Source: Cyanidioschyzon merolae
Lineage: Eukaryota
DNA length: 64,000 bases
Assembly (NCBI GenBank): GCA_000091205.1
Contig: AP006493.2
Direction: 5' to 3' (one strand)
The position numbers and the translations under genes are program-made. Every line of letters starts with the position of its first letter. Position 1 is the stretch's first letter. The notes under the pieces are model-generated. The model was given only the letters and a program-made list of their open reading frames with translations. It was not told the origin of the DNA and did not search any database. Positions 43,716 through 54,247 of the stretch are shown in pieces.

Positions 43716-44559
43716 GGGTCCGGTATATGCTGATTGTTTGAGGCGATTTTTGGAGTAACGAAACCAGCCTTGTCGGAACGGATCGTATCCGAGAGGAGCT
43801 GCTGCGCGAGGGCTCAAACGATGCATACAGGTTCCTGTAGATGGTACATTTGCGCAGTGAACACCGTTTTCCTGGGGCGCATGTACGCCTGCAGAAGATC
43901 CACTTGAAAAATCAGAAGTTATGTACGCGAAGAGCTAACATGCGGAAGAGCAGTTCCGTTGTTTCTCAACCTCTGTGCGTCTGGGACATGCGAACGTTAA
44001 ACTTACTGAGCTTGCGTAAAGTGCCGCATGAAGAGCTGCGAAAATGACAAGACCATGCATACTGTCGTGAGCGCGGTGGACGCGATTGGCCACCTCTGGA
44101 CAATCTGTAGCGGAGTTGGGTGCGCTATCCTGCACTTGTATGGATTAGCACAGCGAACTTGGTGAAAAGGTGTTGTTCTTCAGTGGAAAGGCAGCCGCTT
44201 TACGCTCGCGCAGGGAATTCATCGACGAATCGTGGATGCGGTTCATGTGGTGAAAAGTTCCCGCCGAGAGTGGGAAATGATGATACTTTATGTTTTCGCG
44301 GAAGCTCCATCGAAGGAGAGAGGATTCATGCAGCAGTCGATCATCGATCGAGATCACACAACAGGCATTTGGAGATCGCTTAAAACTACTCAATATGGTT
44401 AACGGCACCAGAGTTTTCCAAAAATGTGCGAGCAAGAAGCAGCGTGATCCTGAAAGGGATAAGAGTAAAAGCCTTTGTGCCGAGCTTCAGGGTGCACTGG
44501 AAGCGATCCACATCGGTTGCATGGCATGTTGTTTAGGAGTTCAGCATCGAGCTCACTGC

Positions 44560-46125
44560 TACCGGCGACAACTCAGGCTGGATTTGTACTCAAGAGCCGT
44601 CCATAATGTAAACGCTCAATGGAGCGAAACTGTCTCACAACCATAGTGTAAATTAATACCTACCCACAGACGCCACGCAGCCTTTTTGACCAGCCGTATG
44701 CTATCTGTTACAGCTGCTGCTTGTACATCTCCAGCCTGAGAGGCTGCCCCACAAAGTTCGATAGTGTCTGATCCTTGGATCTCGTCTTCAGCAATCCACA
44801 TCGTCTGATGTTGACGGCGGTGTTGAAGTCTCGGTTTTACGGACTACATGCGTTTATTGCATCTGGTTGAGCTCATCAATGCAAGGATTCCCAGAACTCG
44901 CACCCTCTGGCCCACAGCAGCCTCTTCGTCGTCCCGTCGGGCATACACCTTTTTTTCTATGTCCCTTCTTTTTCGCATTCTTCTTTTTCACTTGCTTTTC
45001 GTCGTTAACTGGTCGGCAAGCTGCGGATGTTTTCACATTTTCCGGCAGCCGGCAATGGCGGAGCTCTAGGATGCCTCACTTCAATGCCAGTACCTTTCCC
45101 CTGGATTTTTTATTTCCTCAAATGAAAGCAGTTCTTTACGACCTTAAACGAGAGAGTTTCCAGAGGGAGACGGAATTGCAGAAGAAAGACGAAATGTGTT
45201 CCAGTCTGCCACCGTATACTGACCGCTTCAGCGATTCGCTCTGGAAAGCGACTGTTAAGTTTTGCGACAAAAGACCCTTCTTCGATATGGTCAAATCGTC
45301 GAGTCCACGCAGGAATGAAAAGCAGTTCTCCCCCAGTAGAATCCGCAAATGCTCAAACGCAAGAGGAACCGTGAAATGCAGCGTTGTCCGATAGACGGAC
45401 GTCGCCAGACGGCAGCGGAAAGTGTTTAGTTATTCGAAGATGTGGTTGGTACTGCTGGATGAGCCTTCTCTATGAGTGAAACTGATGCCACCAAATGAAT
45501 CCACTGCAGCGAGAACCGATGATGGCGCCCTTTTCTTAGAGTTCAGTCGAACATTCAACGGGCTACCGCTCCGCGAATTCCCATACATGCTCCGAAATTT
45601 TCGTCCGAAACACTCCTCATAGACTGAAAAAAAACCAACGTGCCGCTGCTTCATATCGATAGAACCTTTCCTGGAACTTTGTTGTAGTAGCGATTTCGGT
45701 AGACGCTGGCCGTGGATGAACTAGGACTCCTGTTTTGCGACTGAATCCCAGTGTTTTCAGCACAATATGAACAAGTTGTTGAGAGACAGAGACGCTCTTG
45801 GTGGCTAATATAGTTTCTTTCAGCTCCCGTAAGGTGATCAACAGCTCGTTTTCTATCTTTGACAGCAAGCAGTTCTCAGTAATATCGGTACTGGGCGCGG
45901 GTTGCATATACGTGTTTCTTTCTGTGCTCCTCAAGCACCTGCGTATTGTTATATCACTGAATTTAAGAAGGAAAACAGTCCTCGTCGCTCTGTTGAGCAA
46001 AGCATATGTCCTGCGAACAATTCGTGTATGGTATATAGAGTGCATTGCATCGTGATTTCGATTTCCTGATATACACTGCGAAATAATATTCTGTCACACT
46101 CAGCGGGGGCGGAATAAAACTCAGC
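44560..46125 (-). mobile_element. TnpB/Fanzor-like element, family B copy B3 (degenerate)
   Basis: Minus-strand N-terminal ORF 45617..46045 (...SVSVSQQLVHIVLKTLGFSRK...). RuvC-I-like SVLAAVDSFGGISF (45430..45654). C-terminal remnant NRDFNTAVNIRRCGLLKTRSKDQTLSNFVGQPLRLE at about 44700..44830. The 3' block ggtcaaaaaggctgcgtggcgtctgtggg and the 5'-end nucleotide homology to B0 define the limits. Confidence 0.55.
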
Positions 46126-46287
46126 AGAACGTTTATAAGGCTTGCAGATTCAGAAATGGGTTTTATGAAGCACTCTTGACGATGTCACAGACAGTCACTT
46201 TGTTCTCCAGGTTCGCACGGTTGAGCACTCGACATGCACCACAGAGATAATGAGCTAACTAGATACGTCACGAGGTTGCGGTTTGCC

Positions 46288-46866
46288 CTATTCATAAACC
46301 CAACGAGCAACCGCAGGATCCCAGTCCACGAGCTCGTGCTCAGTGAACCAAAGTTGGATTTCGCGCTCAGCAGTCGTCACGGCGTCAGAGCTGTGAACAA
46401 CATTGCGACCTATATCAATTCCATATCTTCCCCGTATCGTACCTGGTTCACTTTCGAGCGGATTCGTGGCTCCAAGGAGTTTCCGAGCAGTACGAACGAC
46501 ATCTTTGCCTTCCCAGCACATGGCCACAACAGGGCCAGAAGAAATGAAATCAACAAGGTCGGGAAAGAATGGCTTATCACGCAGTTCGGAGTAGTGATTC
46601 TCCGCAAGCTTCCTATCGGGGAGTACCAACTTCAAACCAACAAGCTTATAACCCTTTCGTTCGAAAATGCTGATAATTTCGCCGACCAGGCCCCTGTGAA
46701 CAGCGTCCGGCTTTATCGCTGTGAAAGTCCGTTCTCGACGGTTCATCACGAGGAACTTCCCTAGCCTTAGTTGAGACGGTTGCACCGATATTTGGTTTCG
46801 TTTGCAACATACTGTCGAGGTTACGCTGTTTTCGCGAAGAGAGAAACCTAAAGAAGGAACGAACAT
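46288..46866 (-). CDS. NDK: nucleoside diphosphate kinase
   Basis: [55 protein letters not shown]. There is an N-terminal extension of about 40 aa, a possible targeting peptide. Confidence 0.9.
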   Translation of the reverse strand: MFVPSLGFSLRENSVTSTVCCKRNQISVQPSQLRLGKFLVMNRRERTFTAIKPDAVHRGLVGEIISIFERKGYKLVGLKLVLPDRKLAENHYSELRDKPFFPDLVDFISSGPVVAMCWEGKDVVRTARKLLGATNPLESEPGTIRGRYGIDIGRNVVHSSDAVTTAEREIQLWFTEHELVDWDPAVARWVYE

Positions 46867-47680
46867 TGCTGCTAAAGAGACCCGAGCGCAAGCTGAAAAG
46901 TGTGTGCCGTCGCATTTATGGCTGCACCGATTGACGTGCGTCGTTACAGAGCGCGTCGCTGGGATCTGCGACTCCTGCCAGCGCTAGGGCATAGATGGCG
47001 TACTATGCCAAGCCATCATCCTACATTCAGTACGCGCAGGGCACCATGAGAAGCTAAAAAACTGCGTATAGAATAAAGGCCTAATATGCGGCCCTATAAT
47101 CCAGCGTGCAGTACGAATAGGGCAGCACGGGAGGCTATCATCCTGTGTAAGTTTGCATGGATTAGCATTTGAAGCGACCGTCCAGCGTGACCAGAGAGCG
47201 CGTTCCGCCGCCAGTACTATACGTAAGCGCATCAAAAGCGCTGCGTGCAGGGCCACCACCCGACTCCATAACGAGGACACTGCCTGTGGCATGGAGTTGT
47301 CGGGAAAAAATGTCTGTCGCTGCGAGGCTGCATTCGCTGCACAGAGCCGGGACAGTCGGGAATGTTGCTCACGTGATTGGCATTTGCGAAACTCGTGTCA
47401 CTGGAACTGGCCTTAACTTCGATTCTATGAAGACAACCTGGGAATGGCGTCGGTGAAGATGTGATCCTCTGGTACGGAATGGAAGCTACTCCAGGTCGCA
47501 TTCTCGGCTTGATGGGCGCCTCAGCCAATAGCGGGAGCCAATGTCGTTCAGAGTCCACTATGCGAGACTGGAGGTGGAGGCTCGAAATCCCATTTTGTGG
47601 GCGTGTGTGCGTTGCAGAAGTACGTTCCTCGAAATTTTCCGGGAAGTATATATACATATATCGAAAAAATGGATGAACAG

Positions 47681-50642
47681 AACGCCATTACCGTTCATCA
47701 GCTGCAAATGAAAATCGTTCCCTGTGTCTATCTAGGGCGCTCTAATATTTCTGGATGAGTAATCCGTACCGCACCAGTGCGTTGCTTCAGGCGTGCATGC
47801 AATGAATCTCTCCTAGTCACCAAACTATATTATCCAAAGTCTTCCGCTTTCCATGTAATGCGCTCATTGAGTACAACACAACTACATCACACATTCACTC
47901 GACACAAATCTGCTGGACGCGCTCGCACTTCTAGGAATCTACAGATGTTTATCGTGGCGTTCAAGTCTCGACGCGGAAACTGCTTGCACGCTTGGTTGGT
48001 GGTGAAAGCACACTGTAACGAGCCTCGAAACCTCGACTGCATCGACATCTGATGCTCGGAAAGCTTACCCTGCACAAGCTCGTGCATCCGCCTCCATCTC
48101 ACGCGTTTTTTCTCTGCCTGTTTCAGCGTGCACCTGTGCTCAGGATGCGTGTGCATCGTCCTGAGCAAATCGATGGTCATGATGAAGAATCAGTTCTCGC
48201 ACTAGTTGTAAGCTCCAGTCGAAGGAGCAGGACATCAGCATTGGAGTGTTCGCGCATGCTCAGCGCCATCGGCTGCTGCTGTAGGATGCGACTTATCTGT
48301 CAGTCGCTTTCCGACTCATGAGATAGACTGGCGAACGCATGCGTCCCGCCTCCGTACAGCCTGGCCCGCAGGCGGTCCTAACGCGGTCTCGAGTGTTCGT
48401 ACCGTACTTCGCCCGCATGAGTGATCTAGATACCAATGTACGCGCGTCATGAGGCGTCGAGGGGTGCTCCCTCTGTTCGATACGGTACTCAGGGCGTCTA
48501 GAAGGATCCTCACGCCGCATGCCGCTCGTCAATATGCCTCCTGCGGTCCATCATGCCCAACTCTCGATGACGCCCAGCCCCCGAACTGCTGAGCAGCCCG
48601 ATCCGCTTTCCGTTCGGTTCTTTTGGTCGTTTCTTCTCATTCTCAGGTGCGGCGACCGCGAGGAGGCCCTTCAACGCGGGATCCACACGCATCCCAAAGT
48701 GCGCCTCCTGTTCGACTCTATACGAGGGACAATGAGTCTCGCGTGCCCGACTCAGGCGTAGCCATCGGAAAATCTATGCAGATTGATATTCTGTCGGCCC
48801 CCATGGTTCCTCTAAGTTTCTCTCCATTTGCTCCGTGTGGATGAGAATTCTTGGACGCGCTCGCCAGACGCTCTTCACAAAGTTGCCTGTGTGCTTCCTA
48901 TTTGTGCGCAGACACCAGCAGCAGCTCACTGAAAACGCCATACACTACCGAGCTGGTTTGCGGTGATATGGTGGCCATGATCTGACTGTTGGGTACCGCA
49001 TCGAACAGACGCTCAAGGTAACTGGTGCGCTCGGACTCGCGACGGGATTCGGCGCTGCTCTGGCGCGCTTCGTTCAGGGACAGGTGCTGGCGTAAGGTAC
49101 ACGGAACGAAGGCATCGCGCTTCCACCATTATTCGGACGCAATGTCCGTGGGTGCGAATCTGAGAGCTACGCAGTGAGCTCGGACGATCTAGACTCACTA
49201 TCGCTCTGTTCATGACGTCTCCTACGAACTTGCAGCCAACTCGATGTCCTCCGACATTGGCGCCCCGTTGGCCTCCATCAACACCCCAAGAAAGCCTGCC
49301 ACCAATCGTCACTTTTGCGGTCCAGCGAGCAGCTGCCAGATCGCCCCCGGGATGCGTCTCTTGAAGCGCTCGACGTTGGCCGGCAAGCTGGTTCCGTTTT
49401 CGCTTCGCGGTTCGTTTGATGCTTTTCTGTACCAGCGCTGCAGATGTCCCGATCTTCCACGTCGTGCAGCTACTCGTCAAGGTATTCTGCGAAGCGGGTG
49501 AGCAAATCTCTGCTCCTGCAATCAGGCCGCATTCCAGCTCCGGTCCCGATTATCAGTTGCTTTGCCGTGCATAGGTTCGATCGGAATTTCCAGAGGAATC
49601 AGGACAGACGGGAGCCCCGCGACCGAAAGTCGTGCGAGTAGTTGTCTGAGGGGCTGCGTCAAGCCAAGGCACGCAAGATGAGTCTTGCCCGAAACAAGCT
49701 TCGCTTTCCGAATGCCGTCCAGCATCTCGCTTATTGGGGAATACTCTCCGTTGACGTGTTTCAGTAGGGTGGCCTCGACAATGATTTCAGAGTTTGCTGT
49801 CCGCTCGCGAAGATTTTTGGCCGTGTACCTACCCGTTCTTGTTGTGGAAGGATGTTCCTCTTCTTCGTCGGATGCGCGTTCCGCCTTCTCCATTTCCTGG
49901 CGGCGTGGTATCGATGCGGTGGCCAGTATTCATACCCGTTGTACTCTTTGAGGTTCATACGCTCCGTGTAATTGGTGGCACTGAAGCGTCCCTCTCATAA
50001 GTGTTTATCTACCACTCGCCAAATACCTCTTCATCACCGTCTCCATCGTGAGCACGCCCGCGCAGCCGAGAGAGCTTCTCCGATCCCGCACACACACACA
50101 CACTCGCACGAAAGGTGAATCCATGAAGTGCTCACGAGCAGGGTGAAGTGATGAACGAACTTGTCCGTTTCGCGATATGTAGGCGATCATGCAAATGAAG
50201 AGCCGCTTGGGGGATGCTACTCTCACCCTCACGTATATCTTCTACACGAACAGCGGTTTGCCGGCCTTCGAGTATCCATACACGGGTAGGCCAGCTTTCT
50301 AGAATGGCGTCTCATCGAGAGAGACGAAACCCCGTCGCTCTTGTAGCACGCGTTGGAGTTTCAATACGAAAGTGATAGTTTGTCGTTCATCACGCGATGC
50401 TCTCGCACACACGCGTGCTTTTTCTCTGCGGCAATCAAAAACTCTTCATCACCGTTCGTATCAACAGTACGGAAGCTTCAAATCCTCTGGCTTTTTTGGT
50501 AGTCTTTCTCAGAGAAGATATGGACTGGAATGGATTGGCGGAAGACAGACTCTCGTATAGATAGACTTTAATAAGATCTGTTTTAAATATATGGCGTTCA
50601 CGATACGGACAATGAGAGGGATCGATCATCCACCTGTTGACC
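47681..50642 (-). mobile_element. family C Fanzor1-like element, full-length copy C3 (2962 bp; direct repeat of C2)
   Basis: Same ORF pieces as C2, with only a few amino-acid differences (for example NLDCIDI vs NHDCIDI, NGKRIG vs SGKRIG). It includes the RuvC-III-like RRDLNATINICRF ORF at 47887..48180 and the (CA)n run at 50089..50103. Confidence 0.75.
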
Positions 50643-50992
50643 TTATGTCATTGCCTGTTACAAAAAAAGGCCGATTTCGCAACCTAGGGATGACAGCATA
50701 AAAATATTCACGCCCTTTCTCGATTCGACAGGACTCGTTCTTTTTCTCGAATATCCTCGATACAAACAAACAATCAAGAAGAGAGTGCGCGCACAGATGT
50801 GTAGAATCCACTACTGTGCAGAAAACAGTAGTTCAGCGCAAATCGGTGAACTAAAGTGAATCTCTCGGCGACTGCGCTGTTCCGAGCAGTCTTCGTCGCA
50901 AATCAACCAGGATGATAGCGTGATATTTTCCTCAGGAGCACGTCGAATCGTTTCAGAAACGAGCAATGAACATAGGCGAAGGTGACACTTGT

Positions 50993-52258
50993 TTATATCT
51001 CAAGCATGGACTCCTCCGGTGGAGCCAAATCCTCGGCAACGAAGACGTCATCGTCGAATTCACGAGGCAGTGGAATTTTGGACATTCCTTCTCGAACAAG
51101 AACCTCCAACTGATTCGCAAGCTCGGTGTTATCCCTGAGACGCTGCTCTGCAGCACTGCGACCGTGGGCAAACTGCTCGCCATTAAGGGCATACCATGTG
51201 CCTTTCCGCACAATAATTCCAACATGCTCAGCCGCCTCAAGAAGGCTCCCTATCCTGTCAATGCCCTTGCCGAAAAGAATTTTGACGGACGCCACTCTAA
51301 ACGGCGGAGCAACTTTGTTCTTCGCGACTTTCACTTTGCAAATGATGCCAGAATTATCTTTCAGAGTTTCCTTGCGCCGAATATCGATACGAACCGTGGA
51401 GTAGTATTTGAGTGCGTTTCCTCCCGAGGTGACCTCCGGACTGCCGTAAAATACGCCGACTTTGACCCGCAGCTGATTGAGGAAGATAACTGTGCACTGC
51501 GATTTCGACATCGAGCCTGCAATTTTCCGCAGAGCCTTGGACATCAGTCGTGCTTGCAAGCCCATCTGGTTATCGTACATGTCGCCTTCTATCTCGGCCT
51601 TCGGCACCAATGCAGCCACTGAGTCAACAACAACCAGGTCAACTGCAGCGGATCGCACCAGCTGATCGACTATTTCCAAGGCCATCTCTCCGGTGTCCGG
51701 TTGGGAAACGAGCAAGTCGTCTGTGCAGCAGCCAAGCGCGGCCGCGTACTGCGGATCCAGCGCATGCTCCGCGTCGACGAAAGCCGCGACCCCGCCGCTT
51801 CTTTGAACCTCCGCAATTGCGTGCAGCGCCAGGGTTGTTTTCCCAGAAGACTCAGGTCCGTAGATTTCGACCAGACGACCTTTCGGGTAGCCGCCTCCCA
51901 GCGCAACATCGAGAGTTAACGAGCCAGAAGGTGTCGTTTCCACGCGCATCCGATCGACTTCGCCCAGACGCATGATAGACCCCCGGCCGTGAGTCTTTTC
52001 AATCTGGTCAAGAACCTGCTTCAGTGAATGCAGCTTTGCTGCAGCATCCTCCGAAATGCCGTTCCTGTTTGCAGGAGTGGCCAGTTCGTCCGAACTCGGC
52101 GTGAGTTCTGGTGAGCGACCATCGACTGCCTTTAGCGCAAGCGCTAAAAAGCCGGTGCTCTTGCGCGCAGTGACGCGCCCTCTAGAAACTGGCCCGGTGG
52201 CTCTTTTAAGTGCTTTTCCTCGCACGAAACACGGGTCGCCGGCGAGAGAGATAAACAT
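50993..52258 (-). CDS. recA: RecA recombinase (bacterial-type, organelle-targeted)
   Basis: 421-aa ORF starting with ATG. Walker [14 protein letters not shown]. RecA core [39 protein letters not shown], and the [15 protein letters not shown] loop. An N-terminal extension of about 100 aa precedes the RecA core. Confidence 0.9.
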   Translation of the reverse strand: MFISLAGDPCFVRGKALKRATGPVSRGRVTARKSTGFLALALKAVDGRSPELTPSSDELATPANRNGISEDAAAKLHSLKQVLDQIEKTHGRGSIMRLGEVDRMRVETTPSGSLTLDVALGGGYPKGRLVEIYGPESSGKTTLALHAIAEVQRSGGVAAFVDAEHALDPQYAAALGCCTDDLLVSQPDTGEMALEIVDQLVRSAAVDLVVVDSVAALVPKAEIEGDMYDNQMGLQARLMSKALRKIAGSMSKSQCTVIFLNQLRVKVGVFYGSPEVTSGGNALKYYSTVRIDIRRKETLKDNSGIICKVKVAKNKVAPPFRVASVKILFGKGIDRIGSLLEAAEHVGIIVRKGTWYALNGEQFAHGRSAAEQRLRDNTELANQLEVLVREGMSKIPLPREFDDDVFVAEDLAPPEESMLEI

Positions 52259-52444
52259 GTTGAGCGACTTAACGATAAGAGTCTGAGCTCAAACCTACTG
52301 CGACTAAACGAATCGATCCACCTCCCGGCAGTTCGGCGACCGAAGCGCAGCAGAGGCGCTTGGAGATGCAATGTCCCGATGATCAAAGAGTTTCCATTTG
52401 TAGGCATAAATGTCAACTAGTCCAGGCGTTGCGGAACGCCCGCC

Positions 52445-53200
52445 GGGTTTTTTTTTGCCGATGCCGAAACGCTTTTATAAACCATCGATCCCAGATTGCC
52501 GGATGGATGGATTTTAGCTTTCGGGAAAGCGTCCATCATGCTGCCACACCAAGATCCATGACCTGTTCTCGGATGTAATGGTCTTTTTGTTCGTTCTATC
52601 GTGCACCCAGTACCTGGTTTGCCGCACCCGGCTTAACTCTTATATCTCGCTGGTGCCGATGCATCATGGAGACAGAGCGACTTTGCTGTGCCAGAGAGGG
52701 CATCGGCTAGAGGCGTGTTGCACTCGACACAGGATCGGAGAACACAAGCACTCTGGAAACCTGCAAGCTGTACATATAGCCCTGCTGTCTGTAGCAGCGC
52801 GAAGCTGTATGGTAGGAGTCTACTACGACTAGTGCAACGCCCAGGAAACGCTTTACGACTCCTAGTCCGAGAATAAACTGCGTTTCGAACGAGCTTCTCA
52901 GGTCTCTTCACAGCACTAGGCACTGGGAAACGTATGTATCACTGGCCCGGAAGAGTCGTCCGGCTGCCTGGAGCTTTCCCCAAGAGCATAAACTATCGAG
53001 AATACGGAAACACTTTCACGTTTTTAACGTTTCCTGTAGTGGAGAAGTGAACTATTTTCGATCTGCCCTATGTGTAGGCCTCTGCCCGGAACATCGAATG
53101 CAGTGCACCGCGTGTATAGCCCTGTTTTAAAGGACACTGAGGAGACAAAAGCGAATGGCAAGTATGGTGTATTGAGCGCTGTCGACCGGCCGGAATGAAA
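52445..53200 (+). repeat. solo copy (A3) of the family A element 5' noncoding region, with no nuclease ORF attached
   Basis: Collinear nucleotide homology to A2 36000..36660, for example ggtctttttgttcgttctatcgtgcacc vs ggtcttttcatacgttctatcgtgtacc, and ...gcgaagctgtatggtaggag... vs ...gcgaagcgatatgttaggag.... This is also reflected in the similar spurious ORFs 36232..36537 and 52633..52923. Confidence 0.45.
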
Positions 53201-54247
53201 TTTGAGGTCGAGTGTGGGAGCTATGGAGGGGATTCCTATCGCCAGCTGTTGCAAACTGGCAGCCGTAAGCGTTTCTAGTCAAGCACAGGGGCTCGTTTAT
53301 CGGTCGCTACCACCATAGCGTGAAAGCCTGCTGCAGATTCAAGTAGATACGGATTGAGGACTTGTCACTGGCGTGCGTCTCCACACCCGCTTTTCCAGGA
53401 GATCAGACTTCGTAAAAGAGGGCATTGTTTGGGCATACGAGTGCCGAGTGACTGAATGCGGGACCGCACGCCGTGCTCTCCTGGAGAGACCCTGAGTCTC
53501 AATGGTATCCATTTCGAAAGAACGTTCTGTTCTGGTCTGGAGCGCCCCGAGCGGCGCCCGTTTAGCTGTTGCTTCCGCGTTGGTCGAGACGCGTTTGCGG
53601 TAGTGCGGTCTACTGCTACAGCATCAATGGTATGGTGCTGTCACGCATGCAACTTGGAATCGTTTTAGCGATATTCACCTGAGCGGAAACTTGTCCCACG
53701 CAGAGTGGCCTGGCCATGGATATCGAGCGCAAAAACGCGATACGTCTAGCATGTTGGGCTGCCTTGCGAATTACCAATATTTTCTTGCCGTTTCGTGCCT
53801 CGGCGCTCTCATATAAGCAAATAGCACCCAATGCCTATGTGCGCCCACGCACAGTACGTAGTGATGCGTCCAGCCACACAAGTTGTGGCGACGTGCTGGT
53901 TCCATTTTGGGTAAAGGATCCTCATTGCTTTCCTTGTCTTGAAACATAGGACGTAATATGCGTGGTGCCGTGTCTCCAGAAGCACTCCAGTTCCTGTCAG
54001 CCGAGTATCGCGGTTTTCCTCATCTCAGAACATACGACGCGTGACGCGCTACACCTAGTCCGCTTCAAAGAAGCTTCGTCTTCCATCGTAACGAACGCAT
54101 GATTTTCTCATTCGTTTTGAAATCAATGCTCATGTGGAGATCTTCCACCTAGCCCATACAAAAGCGTTCTCGCTTTTAACAACGGCGAGCAAAAGCATAA
54201 CTGTATCTGTCTAGTCGCCAGAGAAATGGTGGACAGCAGCGAAGGCC

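Noticed and set aside
50993-52258. Bacterial contamination or horizontally transferred island suggested by recA, the sigma-70 factor, CofH and NDK.
   Set aside because: Each carries a eukaryote-style N-terminal extension and is interleaved on the same contig with core eukaryotic genes (RAD23, CAF1A, eIF2B, RPAC1). Uniform sequence character across the window argues for an algal nuclear locus.
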